A stretch of 64,000 nucleotides of DNA from NCBI GenBank assembly GCA_963765865.1, contig CAVXYE010000004.1, positions 268,117 to 332,116 of the forward strand, written 5' to 3'. Numbering within the stretch: the first letter of the stretch is position 1; each line of letters opens with the position of its first letter. Of the stretch, positions 38,334 to 48,627 are shown one piece after another. The stretch is from an uncultured Actinomycetes bacterium (lineage in GTDB: Bacteria > Actinomycetota > UBA4738 > HRBIN12). A model generated the notes under the pieces. The model saw only the letters and a list, made by a program, of their open reading frames with translations. It was not told where the DNA came from and did no database searches. A program made the position numbers and the translations under genes.

Positions 38334-40553
38334 TCAGATCGCGAGGCCGCCCTCGATCACGTGCAAGCCGGCCCTGCGGTGCATCGCGGTGATCTGCTCG
38401 GCCGGGATGGGGCGCGAGAAGTAGAAACCTTGCCCGAACGGGCACCCTCGGTCGGCCAGGAACCGCCACTCGTTCTCGGTCTCGATCCCTTCGGCGAGCG
38501 GCTCCATCCCGAGGTTGTTCGCGAGGGCGATGATCGCCGACACCATGCTCGCGCTCTGGGGGTCCGAGTTGACCTCCCGGACGAAGGTCCGATCGATCTT
38601 GAGCACGTCGACGGGCATGTAGCGAAGTCGCGAGAGCGACGAGTAGCCGGTCCCGAAGTCGTCGATCGCCAGCCGGAGCCCCTCGTCCTTGAAGCCGTGC
38701 AGGACGTCGAGCGTGTGATCGGGGTCGTTCATCGCGGTGGATTCCGTGATCTCGACGGTCACCCGCGCCGGATCCATCCCCGCGGCCCGGATCTGCCGTG
38801 CGATCCGACCGACGGGGTCGTCCTGCCACAGCTGCCGGGGGGAGAGGTTGAACCCGACCTCCAGCTCGATGCCCTCGGCTCGCCAGATCGCGTCCTGGCG
38901 GCCGATCTCCTCGACCACCCATCCGCCGATCGCGTCGATCAAGCCCATCTCCTCGGCGAGGGGGATGAACTCTCCCGGCGCGACCATGCCGCCGTTGGGA
39001 TCCGGCCAGCGGATCAGCGCCTCGACGCCGTACATGTCGCCCGTCCCGAGCTCGATCAACGGTTGGTAGTGCAGGGTCCAGCTCTGCTGATCGACCGCCT
39101 TGCGGAGCCGGGTCGACAGCGACAGCTTGCTGCGCGCGTCCGAGTCGTCCGCGTGATGCATCACGTATCCGCCCGGGCCCGACTGCTTGGCGCGGAACAT
39201 CGCCGCATCGGCGTTCCGAAGGAGGCCACCGGCATCGGCGGCATCGGCGGGGTAGAGGCTGATCCCGATCGACACCGAGGCGTAGAGCTCGGTGCCGTCC
39301 AGCTCGAAGGGTGACTCCAACAGGTGCTCCACGCGATCGGCCACCTGGGTCGCGGCCATCGTGACACCGTCGGTCCCGGCCGGCCCGGACGAGGGGTCGA
39401 TGTCGGCCAGCAAGAGCAGGAACTCGTCGCCACCCTGACGAGCGACCAGGTCCGTCTCCCGGGTGGCTCCGCGGAGCCGCTCCGCGAGCGCCGCGATCAG
39501 TCGGTCCCCGGCCTCGTGACCGAGGGAGTCGTTCACGAGCTTGAAGTTGTCGACGTCGAGCGTGAGGACCGCGACGCCGTGTTCGTGCCGGTCGGCCCGC
39601 GCGAGCGCGAGCTCCAGCAGCTCGTCGAACATCGCCTTGTTGGGGAGCGACGTCAGGCTGTCGTGATAGGCCAAGAAGGCGAGACGCGCCTCCGCCTGCT
39701 TGCGCTCGGTGACGTCGAGCATCACCCCTTGGATCAGGGACGGTCGGCCGTCGGCGTCTTTCAACACGAGCGCGCTGTCTTGGAACCAGACCACCCGCCC
39801 GTCCGGCGCGATCAGCCGGTATTCCATCGTGAACGGCTCGCCCGTCTCGCGACCCGTCGTATAGGTCTCGATCGCACCGGCTCGGTCATCCGGATGCAGC
39901 ATCGAGCTCCAGAGGTCGGGGTCGTCGAGGTAGGCCTGGGGCGTGACGCCCAGGATGTCCTCGATCTGCGGGCTGACGTAGGTGGAGGACATCGACTCGT
40001 CCGCGACGTCGATGTAGACGATCGCGGGGATCTGCTCGACCAGAGCGCCGTACTTCGACCGAGCGTCGCGCAGGCCGACCTGCGCCTGGATCAGCTCGGA
40101 CTCGTCCATCATGATGCCGAGCCAGTACTGGGGAACGCCGGAAGCATCGCGGATCAGGACCGCCTCGTCGCGGATCCACACGACCGCGCCGCTCCGGTGG
40201 AGTCCGCGGTACTGGACCCGGAAGGGCTCGCCGGTCGCGATCGCACGATCGCACGCGGCGACGACGCGCTCTCGGTCGTCGGGGTGGACACGTTCGTGCC
40301 AGCGGTCGTAGGTGTCGACCCATTCGGCGGGCTCGATGCCCAACAGATCGTGGATCCGGGGGCTCACGTCGAGGACCGCCGTCCCCGCCGCGACGCCATC
40401 GATGTACAGCACCGCCGGGAGATGGTCGATCAATGCCCGGTAGCGGGATCCAAGATCGGATGCGTCGGCCGCCGTTCGTTCATCGAGCGCGGGCGTGAGG
40501 AAGCCAGGGCCGACCGGGTTGGCATCCGGTTGAGCGTCGTCGGGATGGGTCAC
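38334..40553 (-). CDS. PAS-PAS sensor diguanylate cyclase-phosphodiesterase (GGDEF-EAL), paralog of 32908..35175
   Basis: 739 aa. ...LVARQGGDEFLLLLAD..., ...EALIRW..., ...DDFGTGYSSLSRLRYMPVDVLKIDRTFV... High similarity to the plus-strand paralog across GGDEF-EAL. Confidence 0.9.
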   Translation of the reverse strand: MTHPDDAQPDANPVGPGFLTPALDERTAADASDLGSRYRALIDHLPAVLYIDGVAAGTAVLDVSPRIHDLLGIEPAEWVDTYDRWHERVHPDDRERVVAACDRAIATGEPFRVQYRGLHRSGAVVWIRDEAVLIRDASGVPQYWLGIMMDESELIQAQVGLRDARSKYGALVEQIPAIVYIDVADESMSSTYVSPQIEDILGVTPQAYLDDPDLWSSMLHPDDRAGAIETYTTGRETGEPFTMEYRLIAPDGRVVWFQDSALVLKDADGRPSLIQGVMLDVTERKQAEARLAFLAYHDSLTSLPNKAMFDELLELALARADRHEHGVAVLTLDVDNFKLVNDSLGHEAGDRLIAALAERLRGATRETDLVARQGGDEFLLLLADIDPSSGPAGTDGVTMAATQVADRVEHLLESPFELDGTELYASVSIGISLYPADAADAGGLLRNADAAMFRAKQSGPGGYVMHHADDSDARSKLSLSTRLRKAVDQQSWTLHYQPLIELGTGDMYGVEALIRWPDPNGGMVAPGEFIPLAEEMGLIDAIGGWVVEEIGRQDAIWRAEGIELEVGFNLSPRQLWQDDPVGRIARQIRAAGMDPARVTVEITESTAMNDPDHTLDVLHGFKDEGLRLAIDDFGTGYSSLSRLRYMPVDVLKIDRTFVREVNSDPQSASMVSAIIALANNLGMEPLAEGIETENEWRFLADRGCPFGQGFYFSRPIPAEQITAMHRRAGLHVIEGGLAI

Positions 40554-40670
40554 GGCACTCCGGGGGGGTTGGGGTAGTCAACCATCGGCGGCGCGCGCGA
40601 GATCCTTGAGGCTGATCAAACGTTCAGCCCGTTGCGTGACAGGACATCCGTGCCCGCGAACGGTCCGTGG

Positions 40671-41542
40671 TCAGCAATCGTGCTGGTCGGGGAGCAACGG
40701 CCGGAAGGCGATCCCGTACCGGCTCCCGTCGCTCGTCCAGGGGGTCAGGGTGTTCGCATCCTGTGCCGCGGGCCGGAGGGCTGCCCAGTCGCTGCCCGTG
40801 ACCGTCCCGCAGCGGGCGTCCAGACCGGAGGGATCGGCCGAGCCGAACCCGGCCAGCCCGGTTCCGAGCGGCCACGCGACGGGGTCCTGGCTGAGGCCCG
40901 GATCCCCCCGGTACGCGCGGACGAGCAACGCTGCACCCGGGGCGTCGTAGGGAGCCTCGGCGCCGATCGATCCAACGGGCAGCCATGCCGGTAGCCGGCC
41001 GAGCTGCTCCAGGAAGGAGGACAGCGCCTGCCGCGCGGCCCACGTCCCTTGGGACATGCCCTCCGGGCGTTGGTCGCCGGGCATCCCGAGCGCGTAGGCC
41101 TCGACCCGATGGGTCTCCCCGTTCGCGGAGAGGGTGAACACGGTCGTTGGCATGTCGGACACGCCGACGCTGCCAAGGTCGCCGAGGGTCTCGTCGTGAT
41201 CGAGCCCCGCGTCGATGGCTGCGCCGAGGATCGCCTGGATCCCGTCCTCGGAGATCGTCCGAACGAGCAGCGGGGGGAGCGCCTGCCCGGGATAGATCTC
41301 GTCCTGGGCGCCGGGCTCGATGATCGTTCCGTCGCCCATCACGCTGAAGCTCGGCATCCGCGCGAAGATCGTCTCCGGAGCCACGAACCCACCCTCGAGC
41401 GCCACGCGAAGGACCACCTGGTCGGCGCCGCTCGGGTGGACGATCCCGAACCCGAGGGGTCCGATCGCGCACCCGTCGGGGCATCCGCGCAGGCGACGGT
41501 CACGAAGGCGAGCACGGCGAGAACCACGAGCTTCGGGCGCAT
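40671..41542 (-). pseudogene. lipoprotein (signal peptide plus lipobox), apparent frameshift ~41420-41470
   Basis: MRPKLVVLAVLAFVTVAC-ADAPTG... begins at 41542 behind a GAAGGAGA RBS, in one frame. The 248-aa body (40671..41417) is in the +2 frame with very high GC3. Confidence 0.5.
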
Positions 41543-41614
41543 CCGGGTCTCCTTCGATCGGCCGGCGGGATCAGTTGGTGCTTCGACGGGTCCGGCCTCC
41601 GGAACGGTTCCCCG

Positions 41615-42046
41615 CTAGAGGTACACGCCCGTACGGTGCTCCGTGACCGGAGGCTCCGGTGTGGTCTGGACGCGGAACCGCAGGCGCGTCCGCTCCGCTC
41701 CGTCGATCGCCAGGACGAACGTGTGCTCGCCCCCCGTCTCGAAGACCAGACCATCGAGGTTCAGGGCGAGCGTCGCCGTCCCGGGACCGTTGGGTGAGGT
41801 GAAGGAGGCCTCGAGGGCGCCGCTCGGGCCGAAGGCCCGAGCGGCGCCCTCGGGATCGAGCAGCGTCAACGTCAGCGTGTGCTGTCCCGCCTCGGCGGCG
41901 ACCGTGCGCACGATCAACCCGATCCCGACACGGTCGTGCCGTGCCGGGAACGCGGTCGTCTGGATCACCTGCCAGCCGATCCCGAGGGCGTGCAGCTTGC
42001 CCCCCGACGCCTGGACGGCGTCCGCGAGGAACGCCTCGATCTCCAT
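41615..42046 (-). CDS. conserved hypothetical protein
   Basis: 143 aa, non-repetitive. No domain recognised from memory. Confidence 0.45.
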   Translation of the reverse strand: MEIEAFLADAVQASGGKLHALGIGWQVIQTTAFPARHDRVGIGLIVRTVAAEAGQHTLTLTLLDPEGAARAFGPSGALEASFTSPNGPGTATLALNLDGLVFETGGEHTFVLAIDGAERTRLRFRVQTTPEPPVTEHRTGVYL

Positions 42047-42099
42047 GGCCGCATCCTACGGGGTACGGTTGGAGCGGATCGCTGGCAGGAAGGCGAACG

Positions 42100-43287
42100 A
42101 TGGGTCACGCCCTCGACTACCTGGAAGACGAGCTCGTCGAGCTCGAGACGAACGGGCTGCTGCTGCACCCGCGGACGCTGGAAGGCCCGACCGGCGCGCG
42201 CGCGACGTTCGACGGGCGCGAGGTCATCAACCTCGCTTCGAACAACTACCTCGGCCTGTCGAACCACCCACGGATGAATCGTGCCGCCGCCGATGCCGCC
42301 GAGCGCTTCGGCGCCGGAACCGGCGCGGTGCGGACGATCGCCGGGCAGATGCGGATGCACCTCGACCTGGAGGAACGGTTCGCGGCGTTCAAGCACGCCG
42401 ACGCGGCCCTGCTGTTCCAGTCGGGATTCACGGCGAACGCCGGCACCGTCGCGGCGATCCTCGGACCGGACGACGTGATCGTGAGCGACCGGTTGAACCA
42501 CGCGTCGATCATCGACGGCGCTCGTCTGTCGAAGGCCGAGATCAAGGTGTTCGAGCACCGGGACGCCGCGGATGCCGAGCGCCTCCTGACGGAGACGGCG
42601 AAGCCCGGCCGGCGTCAGCTCCTGATCACGGACGGCGTCTTCTCGATGGACGGCGACATCGCGCCGCTCGGCGACCTCGTGGAGGTCGCCGAGCGGCGCG
42701 AAGCCATCATGATGATCGACGACGCGCACGCGTCCGGCGTGCTGGGGACGGGCGGCGCCGGGACCGTGGACCACTTCGGGTTGCACGGTCGCGTCGACAT
42801 CCAGGTCGGGACGCTCTCGAAGGCGATCGGCGTGCTCGGCGGGTTCATCGCGGGCCCGCCGCACCTGATCGAGTGGCTGCAGAACCGCGGCCGTCCGTAT
42901 CTGTTCTCGACGAGTCCGCCGCCCCCCGTCGTCGCCGCGTGCGTCGAGGCGCTCCGGATCATCCGCGATGAGCCCGACCGGCTGGAGCGACTGTGGACGA
43001 ACACCCGGTTCCTCAAGGACGGTCTGCACGAGCTCGGGTTCGACACCGGACACTCGGAGACGCCGATCACGCCCGTCATCACCGGCGACGAGGCCAAGAC
43101 GCAGGCGTTCGCGCGCCGGCTCTTCGAGGAGGGCGTCTTCTGTCCGGCGATCGTCTTCCCGACGGTGGGGCGGGGGAAGGCGAGGGTGCGGACGATCGTC
43201 ACCGCCGACCACACGGAGCAGGATCTGGCCGAGGCGCTCGCGTCGTTCGAACGCGTGGGGAAGGAGCTCGGGCTACTCGGCGGCTGA
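42100..43287 (+). CDS. kbl: glycine C-acetyltransferase / 2-amino-3-ketobutyrate CoA ligase (8-amino-7-oxononanoate synthase family)
   Basis: 396 aa PLP enzyme. ...NNYLGL..., ...SGFTANAG..., PLP-lysine region ...GTLSKAIGVLGGF... ATG at 42100 with an AGGAAGG RBS. Confidence 0.85.
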   Translation: MGHALDYLEDELVELETNGLLLHPRTLEGPTGARATFDGREVINLASNNYLGLSNHPRMNRAAADAAERFGAGTGAVRTIAGQMRMHLDLEERFAAFKHADAALLFQSGFTANAGTVAAILGPDDVIVSDRLNHASIIDGARLSKAEIKVFEHRDAADAERLLTETAKPGRRQLLITDGVFSMDGDIAPLGDLVEVAERREAIMMIDDAHASGVLGTGGAGTVDHFGLHGRVDIQVGTLSKAIGVLGGFIAGPPHLIEWLQNRGRPYLFSTSPPPPVVAACVEALRIIRDEPDRLERLWTNTRFLKDGLHELGFDTGHSETPITPVITGDEAKTQAFARRLFEEGVFCPAIVFPTVGRGKARVRTIVTADHTEQDLAEALASFERVGKELGLLGG

Positions 43288-43953
43288 CGCGTCGCCCAGC
43301 GATCCGTCGGCGACCTTGGCCGTGAGGCCCCGGATCATCAGATCCATCCCGAACTCGAACTGCTCATCCCCGTCGCACTCGGCGAAGTAGCGGGAAACGG
43401 CGGCGAGCACGGGGAACTCGTCGAGCGGGAGCATGACCGCGAGATCCTGCTTGCCGTTCACGTGCTCCGGGCTCTCGATCGTGCCGCCTTCCATCATCAC
43501 GAATCCCTGGATGTAGCCGCCGAACGCGTGGAACGCCTGCACGCAGTCGCGATCGGACAGACCCGCTTCCCGGAACAGACGCAACGCGAACTCCATCGGG
43601 CGGTAGGAGTCGGGGGAGGACCGCGCCGGCCCGTGGCGCTCTGCGAACAGTCGCATCACGTCGGGATGTGCCTGCAGGATGCGACGGTACGACCGAGCGC
43701 CGGCGCGGAGCCGCTCCGAGATGTCGCCCGCCTCATCCGGATACTCGAACTCCCGCATCACCGCCTCGCAGATCCCGTCGAGCACGTCTTCCTTGTCGCG
43801 GACGTGGTGATACAGCGACATCGCCTCGACGCCGACCTCACGAGCGATCCGGCGCATCGAGACCGCCTCGAGCCCGTCGGTGTCCATCACGCGAAGGGCG
43901 GCGGCGATGATGCGCTCGCGGGTCAGACGTTCGCGTTCTTTCGTGATAGTCAT
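43273..43953 (-). CDS. TetR/AcrR-family transcriptional regulator
   Basis: N-terminal HTH ...LEAVSMRRIAREVGVEAMSLYHHVRDKEDVL... Divergent from the MMPL transporter gene. Confidence 0.85.
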   Translation of the reverse strand: MTITKERERLTRERIIAAALRVMDTDGLEAVSMRRIAREVGVEAMSLYHHVRDKEDVLDGICEAVMREFEYPDEAGDISERLRAGARSYRRILQAHPDVMRLFAERHGPARSSPDSYRPMEFALRLFREAGLSDRDCVQAFHAFGGYIQGFVMMEGGTIESPEHVNGKQDLAVMLPLDEFPVLAAVSRYFAECDGDEQFEFGMDLMIRGLTAKVADGSLGDASAAE

Positions 43954-44004
43954 GGTGGTTCGTTCTCCGGTGGTCCGTTCTCGAAACGTTCACCGATGTT
44001 CGGC

Positions 44005-44058
44005 TTGACAGGCTTACACCGTACGCATATCCTCCGTACACCGTAAGCGTACACCGTA
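44005..44058 (+). promoter_or_regulatory. promoter/operator region between the TetR regulator and the MMPL gene
   Basis: Consensus -35 TTGACA (44005..44010), 17-nt spacer, then TATCCT. Three direct copies of TACACCGTA (44015, 44037, 44050), including the tandem CGTACACCGTAAG-CGTACACCGTACG, overlap and follow the -10. Confidence 0.5.
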
Positions 44059-44114
44059 CGTCAAGATGCGCTTGGAAGCAGGCCGAAGAACCGTTCCACG
44101 TTAGGGGGGAACCC

Positions 44115-46458
44115 GTGAAGCTGAATCCGGAAACACTTGCACGAGCGAGCAGCCACCACGCCTGGCGGACCGTCGGGATCTGGGCGGTGATCCTGATCCT
44201 CGGTTTCGGAGCGTCCGGGGTCCTGTTGAGCAAGGCGCTCACGACGGACTTCGACTTCACGAACAACCCGGAGGCGATCCGGGCGCAGACGCTGCTCCAA
44301 CAGAAGCAGCTGGAGCAGGACGTGACGCCGGAGACGTTCGTGATGACCGGACCGGAGGGCGCGACCACCGACCCGGCGTTCACAGCGAAGGTCAACGCCG
44401 CGTTGAACGATATCCGCGCGCTCGACCCGAGCGTCGTCCTGCAGGTCCCCTCGCAGTTCCCGCTCTCGCAAGCGGACAAGTCCAACCCGCAGGTCGCCGC
44501 GCTCGGCCCGTTCCCGTCGGAGGACGGGACCGCGGTGCTGTTCAACGTGATCCTCGTCAAAGACAGCGACCAGACCGCCACGATCGTGGACGGCCTCGAC
44601 GCGATCCAGGCCAAGTACTCGACCGGCGACACGCACTTCTACATGCTCGGCGAGCCGACCTCGACCGCAGACTTCAAGAAGATCTCCGAAGACGACCTGA
44701 AGAAGGGCGAGACGATCGGCGTCGTCGTGGCGATCATCGTGCTGCTGATCGTCTTCGGGTCGCTGATCGCCGGCGTGACCCCCATCATCATGGGGATCTT
44801 CGCGATCGGGGTCGCCTTCGGGGTCGTCGGTCTGCTCGGAGAAGTGTGGCGCTGGAGCTTCTTCGTCCCGAACCTGATGACGATGCTGGGGTTGGCCGTC
44901 GGCATCGACTATTCGCTCTTCATCGTGTCGAGGTACCGCGAGGAACGGCGTCGCGGCCGCGACAACCTCGAGGCGATCGGCATGTCGGGCGCGACGGCCA
45001 ACCGCGCCGTCTTCTTCAGCGGGTTGACCGTGGTGATCGCGCTCGCCGGCATGCTGCTCGTGCCGACCACGATCTTCCGCGGCCTCGCCGGTGGCGCCAT
45101 CATCGTCGTGCTGATCTCGGTGGCGCTCTCGATGACCCTGCTGCCGGCGCTGATGGCGCTCTTCTCCGATCGCCTGGTGAAGCCCGGCTTCATCTTCGGG
45201 CGCGGGCGGACGCTCGAGCAGGGCCGCGCCGGCGGGTTCTGGGACCGTGAGTCCCGCTCCGTGATGAAGCGCCCGTGGGTGTACCTGATCGTCACCGCGA
45301 GCTTCTTGGTCCTCCTCTCCGTGCCGTACTGGGCGCAGTCGCGCGCTGACGGGGTCGGCCGCGGGATGAAGAAGGGCTTCTCGGGGATCGAGGCGATCCC
45401 CGACGGGATCCCGACGAAGGACGCGTTCAACGTCCTCGTCGCGAAGTTCCCGAAGGAGAGCGGGGCGCAGTCGACCGCCCAGGTCGTGATCCCCGGGGCC
45501 GCGACCGACCCAACGATCGCGTCTCAGATCGAGGCGCTCGATACCGCGGTCGCCGAGCAACCCCGCGTTCGCCAAGCCCCAGCCCCCCCAGACGAGCCAG
45601 GACGGAACGGTGACGCTCGTGGCGATCCCGTTCGCGGGCGAGGCCACGGACTCGCAGAGCCAGGCCGCGGTCGACGCGGTCACGGCGCTGCGGGACCAGT
45701 ACGTCCCGCAGGCCTTCGGTCAGGACTCCGGCGTCCTCGTCGGCGGCGACACGGCGTTGACGAAGGACTTCTTCGACATCTCCGACCAGTACACGCCGAT
45801 CATCATCCTGCTGGTGCTCGGCCTATCCTTCATCCTGCTCACGGTCGTGTTCCGCTCGATCGTCGTGCCGGCGAAGGCGATCGTGATGAACCTGTTGTCC
45901 GTCGGGGCCGCGTACGGGCTCATCACCCTGATCTTCCAGCAGGGGGGCCCGTCCTGGGCGAAGTCGATCGCCGACGCCCTCAACTTCACGCAGGTCCAAG
46001 CGATCGAATCGTGGCTCCCGCTGTTCCTGTTCTCGATCCTGTTCGGCCTGTCGATGGACTACCAGGTGTTCCTGCTGAGCCGGATCCGCGAGGAGTACGA
46101 CAAGACCTCGGACAACTCCGAGGCGGTGGCGTACGGCCTGCGGACCACCGGCGGGATCATCACCGGCGCCGCCGTGATCATGGTGGCCGTGTTCGCGGCG
46201 TTCGCGAGCGGCCGGATCGCGGCGCTGCAGGAGATGGGCTTCGGCCTCGCGGTCGCCGTCTTCCTCGACGCGACGATCGTGCGGTCGGTCCTGGTGCCCT
46301 CGGCGATGAAGCTGCTCGGCGATCGCAACTGGTACCTGCCGAAGTGGCTCCAGTGGCTGCCGAAGGTCGACGTCGAGGGTCACGCGGCCGCCGAGCGTCA
46401 GGTGGTCGTCCCGGACTCGCCGGCGGAGCTGGTGGAAGCTCGCGACACGAACGACTGA
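44115..46458 (+). pseudogene. MMPL-family RND-type transporter, apparent +1 frameshift at ~45565 (C4 run)
   Basis: N-terminal half (TMs, SRYREERRRG) in frame 0 to ...IEALDTAVAEQP. C-terminal half (45610..46458: ...DGTVTLVAIPFAGE...TMs...SRIREEYDK...) in frame 1. Deleting one C from caaccccgcg gives continuous ...AEQPAFAKPQPPQTSQDGTVTLVAIPF... Confidence 0.75.
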
Positions 46459-46545
46459 CCGATCGATACCCGGAAGGGGGAGGCTGCCCGCGCCTCCCCC
46501 TTCCGTCGTCTCTGGCCGCAGGCGACCGCCTGCCATGATGGGGCG

Positions 46546-46947
46546 ATGCGTCGACTGACCGATGGCTCGCCGCACGCCCGGCTCACGCTCGCGGTCGACG
46601 TGCTCGCGATCGCCGCGTTCATCCTCATCGGGATGCGGTCGCACTCGGACGCCGCGGCCGCCTCGATCTTCCTCCGCAACTTCGTGCCGTTCACCGGCTC
46701 GTGGCTCGTCGTCGCCTGGCTCGTCGGGACGTATCGTCCGCCGACGCCGGTCGGCCTGGTCGTGACGCTGCTGATCGCGATCCCGATCGGCGTGGTGCTG
46801 CGCGCGCTCTGGGTCCGAAGCTGGAGCATCGGTGAGGTGCTGACCTTCGCGCTCGTCGCGCTCATCTTCGCGACGATGCTGATCGGGTTGGGTCGAGCGA
46901 TCTCGGCCGTGCTCGGCGCCAGGCTCTTCGACCGGCGGCCGTCGTGA
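46546..46947 (+). CDS. DUF3054-like small membrane protein
   Basis: 133 aa with 4 TM segments. Confidence 0.5.
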   Translation: MRRLTDGSPHARLTLAVDVLAIAAFILIGMRSHSDAAAASIFLRNFVPFTGSWLVVAWLVGTYRPPTPVGLVVTLLIAIPIGVVLRALWVRSWSIGEVLTFALVALIFATMLIGLGRAISAVLGARLFDRRPS

Positions 46948-48380
46948 CCTCGATCGACATGCCCGACCCCGGGGCGGCGCGGAGCTTCTGGCTGGAAGAG
47001 GCGCTGCGAGAGGAGCCCGGAGAGCCATGCCCGCCGCTCGATGCCAACGTCGCCGCCGACGTGTGCATCGTGGGAGGCGGGTTCGCGGGCCTGTGGACGG
47101 CGGTTCGCCTTGGCGAGCGCGAGCCCGGTCTCCGGATCGTGCTGCTGGAGCAGGACATCGTCGGCGGCGGTGCGAGCGGTCGCAACGGCGGGTTCTTCTC
47201 CTCGTCCTGGTGGGATCTGCCCGCGTTGACCGGGTTGTACGGCGAGCGCGAGGGACTCCGCTACGCGCTGACCCTCGCGGACTCCGTCGAGGAAGCGAGG
47301 GAGTTCTGCGCGACCAACGGGATCGACTGCTGGTTCCACCTCGACGGCGCGATGGGCGTGCGAGCCGGTGCCTGGCAGGAGGGGATCAGCCGGCGGTCGG
47401 CGATCGACCTGTGTGCCCGGCTGGGCTACGGGGATCGGATGGTCGCCCTGACCGCTGCCGAGACGCGCGCCCGCGCCGACTCGCCGACGTTCGAGGGGGG
47501 TGCCTTCATCCGCGACGCCGCCGTCGTCCAGCCCGCGCGCTTGGCGCGCGGCCTGCGTCGGCTCCTGCTCGACCGAGGGGTGCGCATCTTCGAACGCACG
47601 CGCGTCACGGGCGTCGACCGGTCGCGTCCGGCGGTCGTCCGCACCGACCACGGTGCGGTCCGTTCGGATCAGGTCGTGCTGGCCCACGGCGCGTGGGCCG
47701 CCGGCTGGCGGGACTTCGCCCGGAGCTTCTCCGTCATCGTCGACTACGTCGTCGTGACGGAGCCGATCCCCGACAAGCTCGAGGAGATCGGATGGACGTC
47801 ACAGATGGGGATCGCGGACGGGCGCGAGTGGCTCTACTACCTCCGTCCGACCGATGACGGCAGGATCGCGATCGGCGGCGGGACCGGTGGCGTCGTCTTC
47901 GGGGGCCGCGCGAGCGGCCGAGCCGTGACGCACGATCGCAGGGTCGCCGAGGTCGCGGCGCGCGGGCTGCTCCGGATGTTCCCGCAGCTGGAGGGGACCC
48001 GCTTCACCCATGCGTGGGGTGGCCCGATCGACCAGACGCCGGCGTTCGTGCCCTTCTACCGGACGCTCGAACCGGGCACGATCCACGCCGGGCTCGGATA
48101 CAGCGGCCATGGGCTCTCGCAGACGTACGTGGGCGGCAAGATCCTCGCGTCGAGCGTGCTGGGCGTCGAGGACGAGTGGACGACGCTCGCCGTCAACCGG
48201 CCGGAGACGATGAAGGCGCCCCCCGAGCCGTTCCGCTGGGCGGCGGTCAAGACGATCGCAGCCGCGTTGGAGCGGGGCGACGCCCGTGAGGAAGCCGGCA
48301 AGCGGCGCGGCGTCGTCAACGAGCTGGTGGGGCTGGGTCCGATCGGGTTGCGTGAGCGCTACGTGGCGAGGCGTCAGTAG
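46944..48380 (+). CDS. FAD-dependent oxidoreductase (DAO/glycine-oxidase-like family)
   Basis: GTG start overlapping the upstream stop. Dinucleotide-binding ...DVCIVGGGFAGLWTAVRL... 478 aa. Confidence 0.8.
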   Translation: MTSIDMPDPGAARSFWLEEALREEPGEPCPPLDANVAADVCIVGGGFAGLWTAVRLGEREPGLRIVLLEQDIVGGGASGRNGGFFSSSWWDLPALTGLYGEREGLRYALTLADSVEEAREFCATNGIDCWFHLDGAMGVRAGAWQEGISRRSAIDLCARLGYGDRMVALTAAETRARADSPTFEGGAFIRDAAVVQPARLARGLRRLLLDRGVRIFERTRVTGVDRSRPAVVRTDHGAVRSDQVVLAHGAWAAGWRDFARSFSVIVDYVVVTEPIPDKLEEIGWTSQMGIADGREWLYYLRPTDDGRIAIGGGTGGVVFGGRASGRAVTHDRRVAEVAARGLLRMFPQLEGTRFTHAWGGPIDQTPAFVPFYRTLEPGTIHAGLGYSGHGLSQTYVGGKILASSVLGVEDEWTTLAVNRPETMKAPPEPFRWAAVKTIAAALERGDAREEAGKRRGVVNELVGLGPIGLRERYVARRQ

Positions 48381-48622
48381 CGATCGTCGTGCGCCGGCAG
48401 GTCCCGGCTGGGACGACCGACCTCGATCGTCGTTCCGCCGAGACGCCCTGCTCCGGCACGCTGGAACCTGCGCACCTGGCGGCGCCAGGCGAGCCACGCC
48501 ACCCCGATCAACGCCGTGACGGACAGGATCGCGGTCAACACGATCACGAGCGTGATCTTCAGGACCAGGCCGAGCACGCCTGCGAGCGCCGCCAGCAGCA
48601 GGAGGAACAGCAAGACGATCAT
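48374..48622 (-). CDS. small membrane protein (two TM helices)
   Basis: 82 aa MIVLLFLLLLAALAGVLGLVLKITLVIVLTAILSVTALIGVAWLAWRRQ... with very high GC3. Starts 5 nt after the reconstructed stop of the upstream hydrolase, suggesting translational coupling. Confidence 0.5.
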   Translation of the reverse strand: MIVLLFLLLLAALAGVLGLVLKITLVIVLTAILSVTALIGVAWLAWRRQVRRFQRAGAGRLGGTTIEVGRPSRDLPAHDDRY

Positions 48623-48627
48623 GGCTC

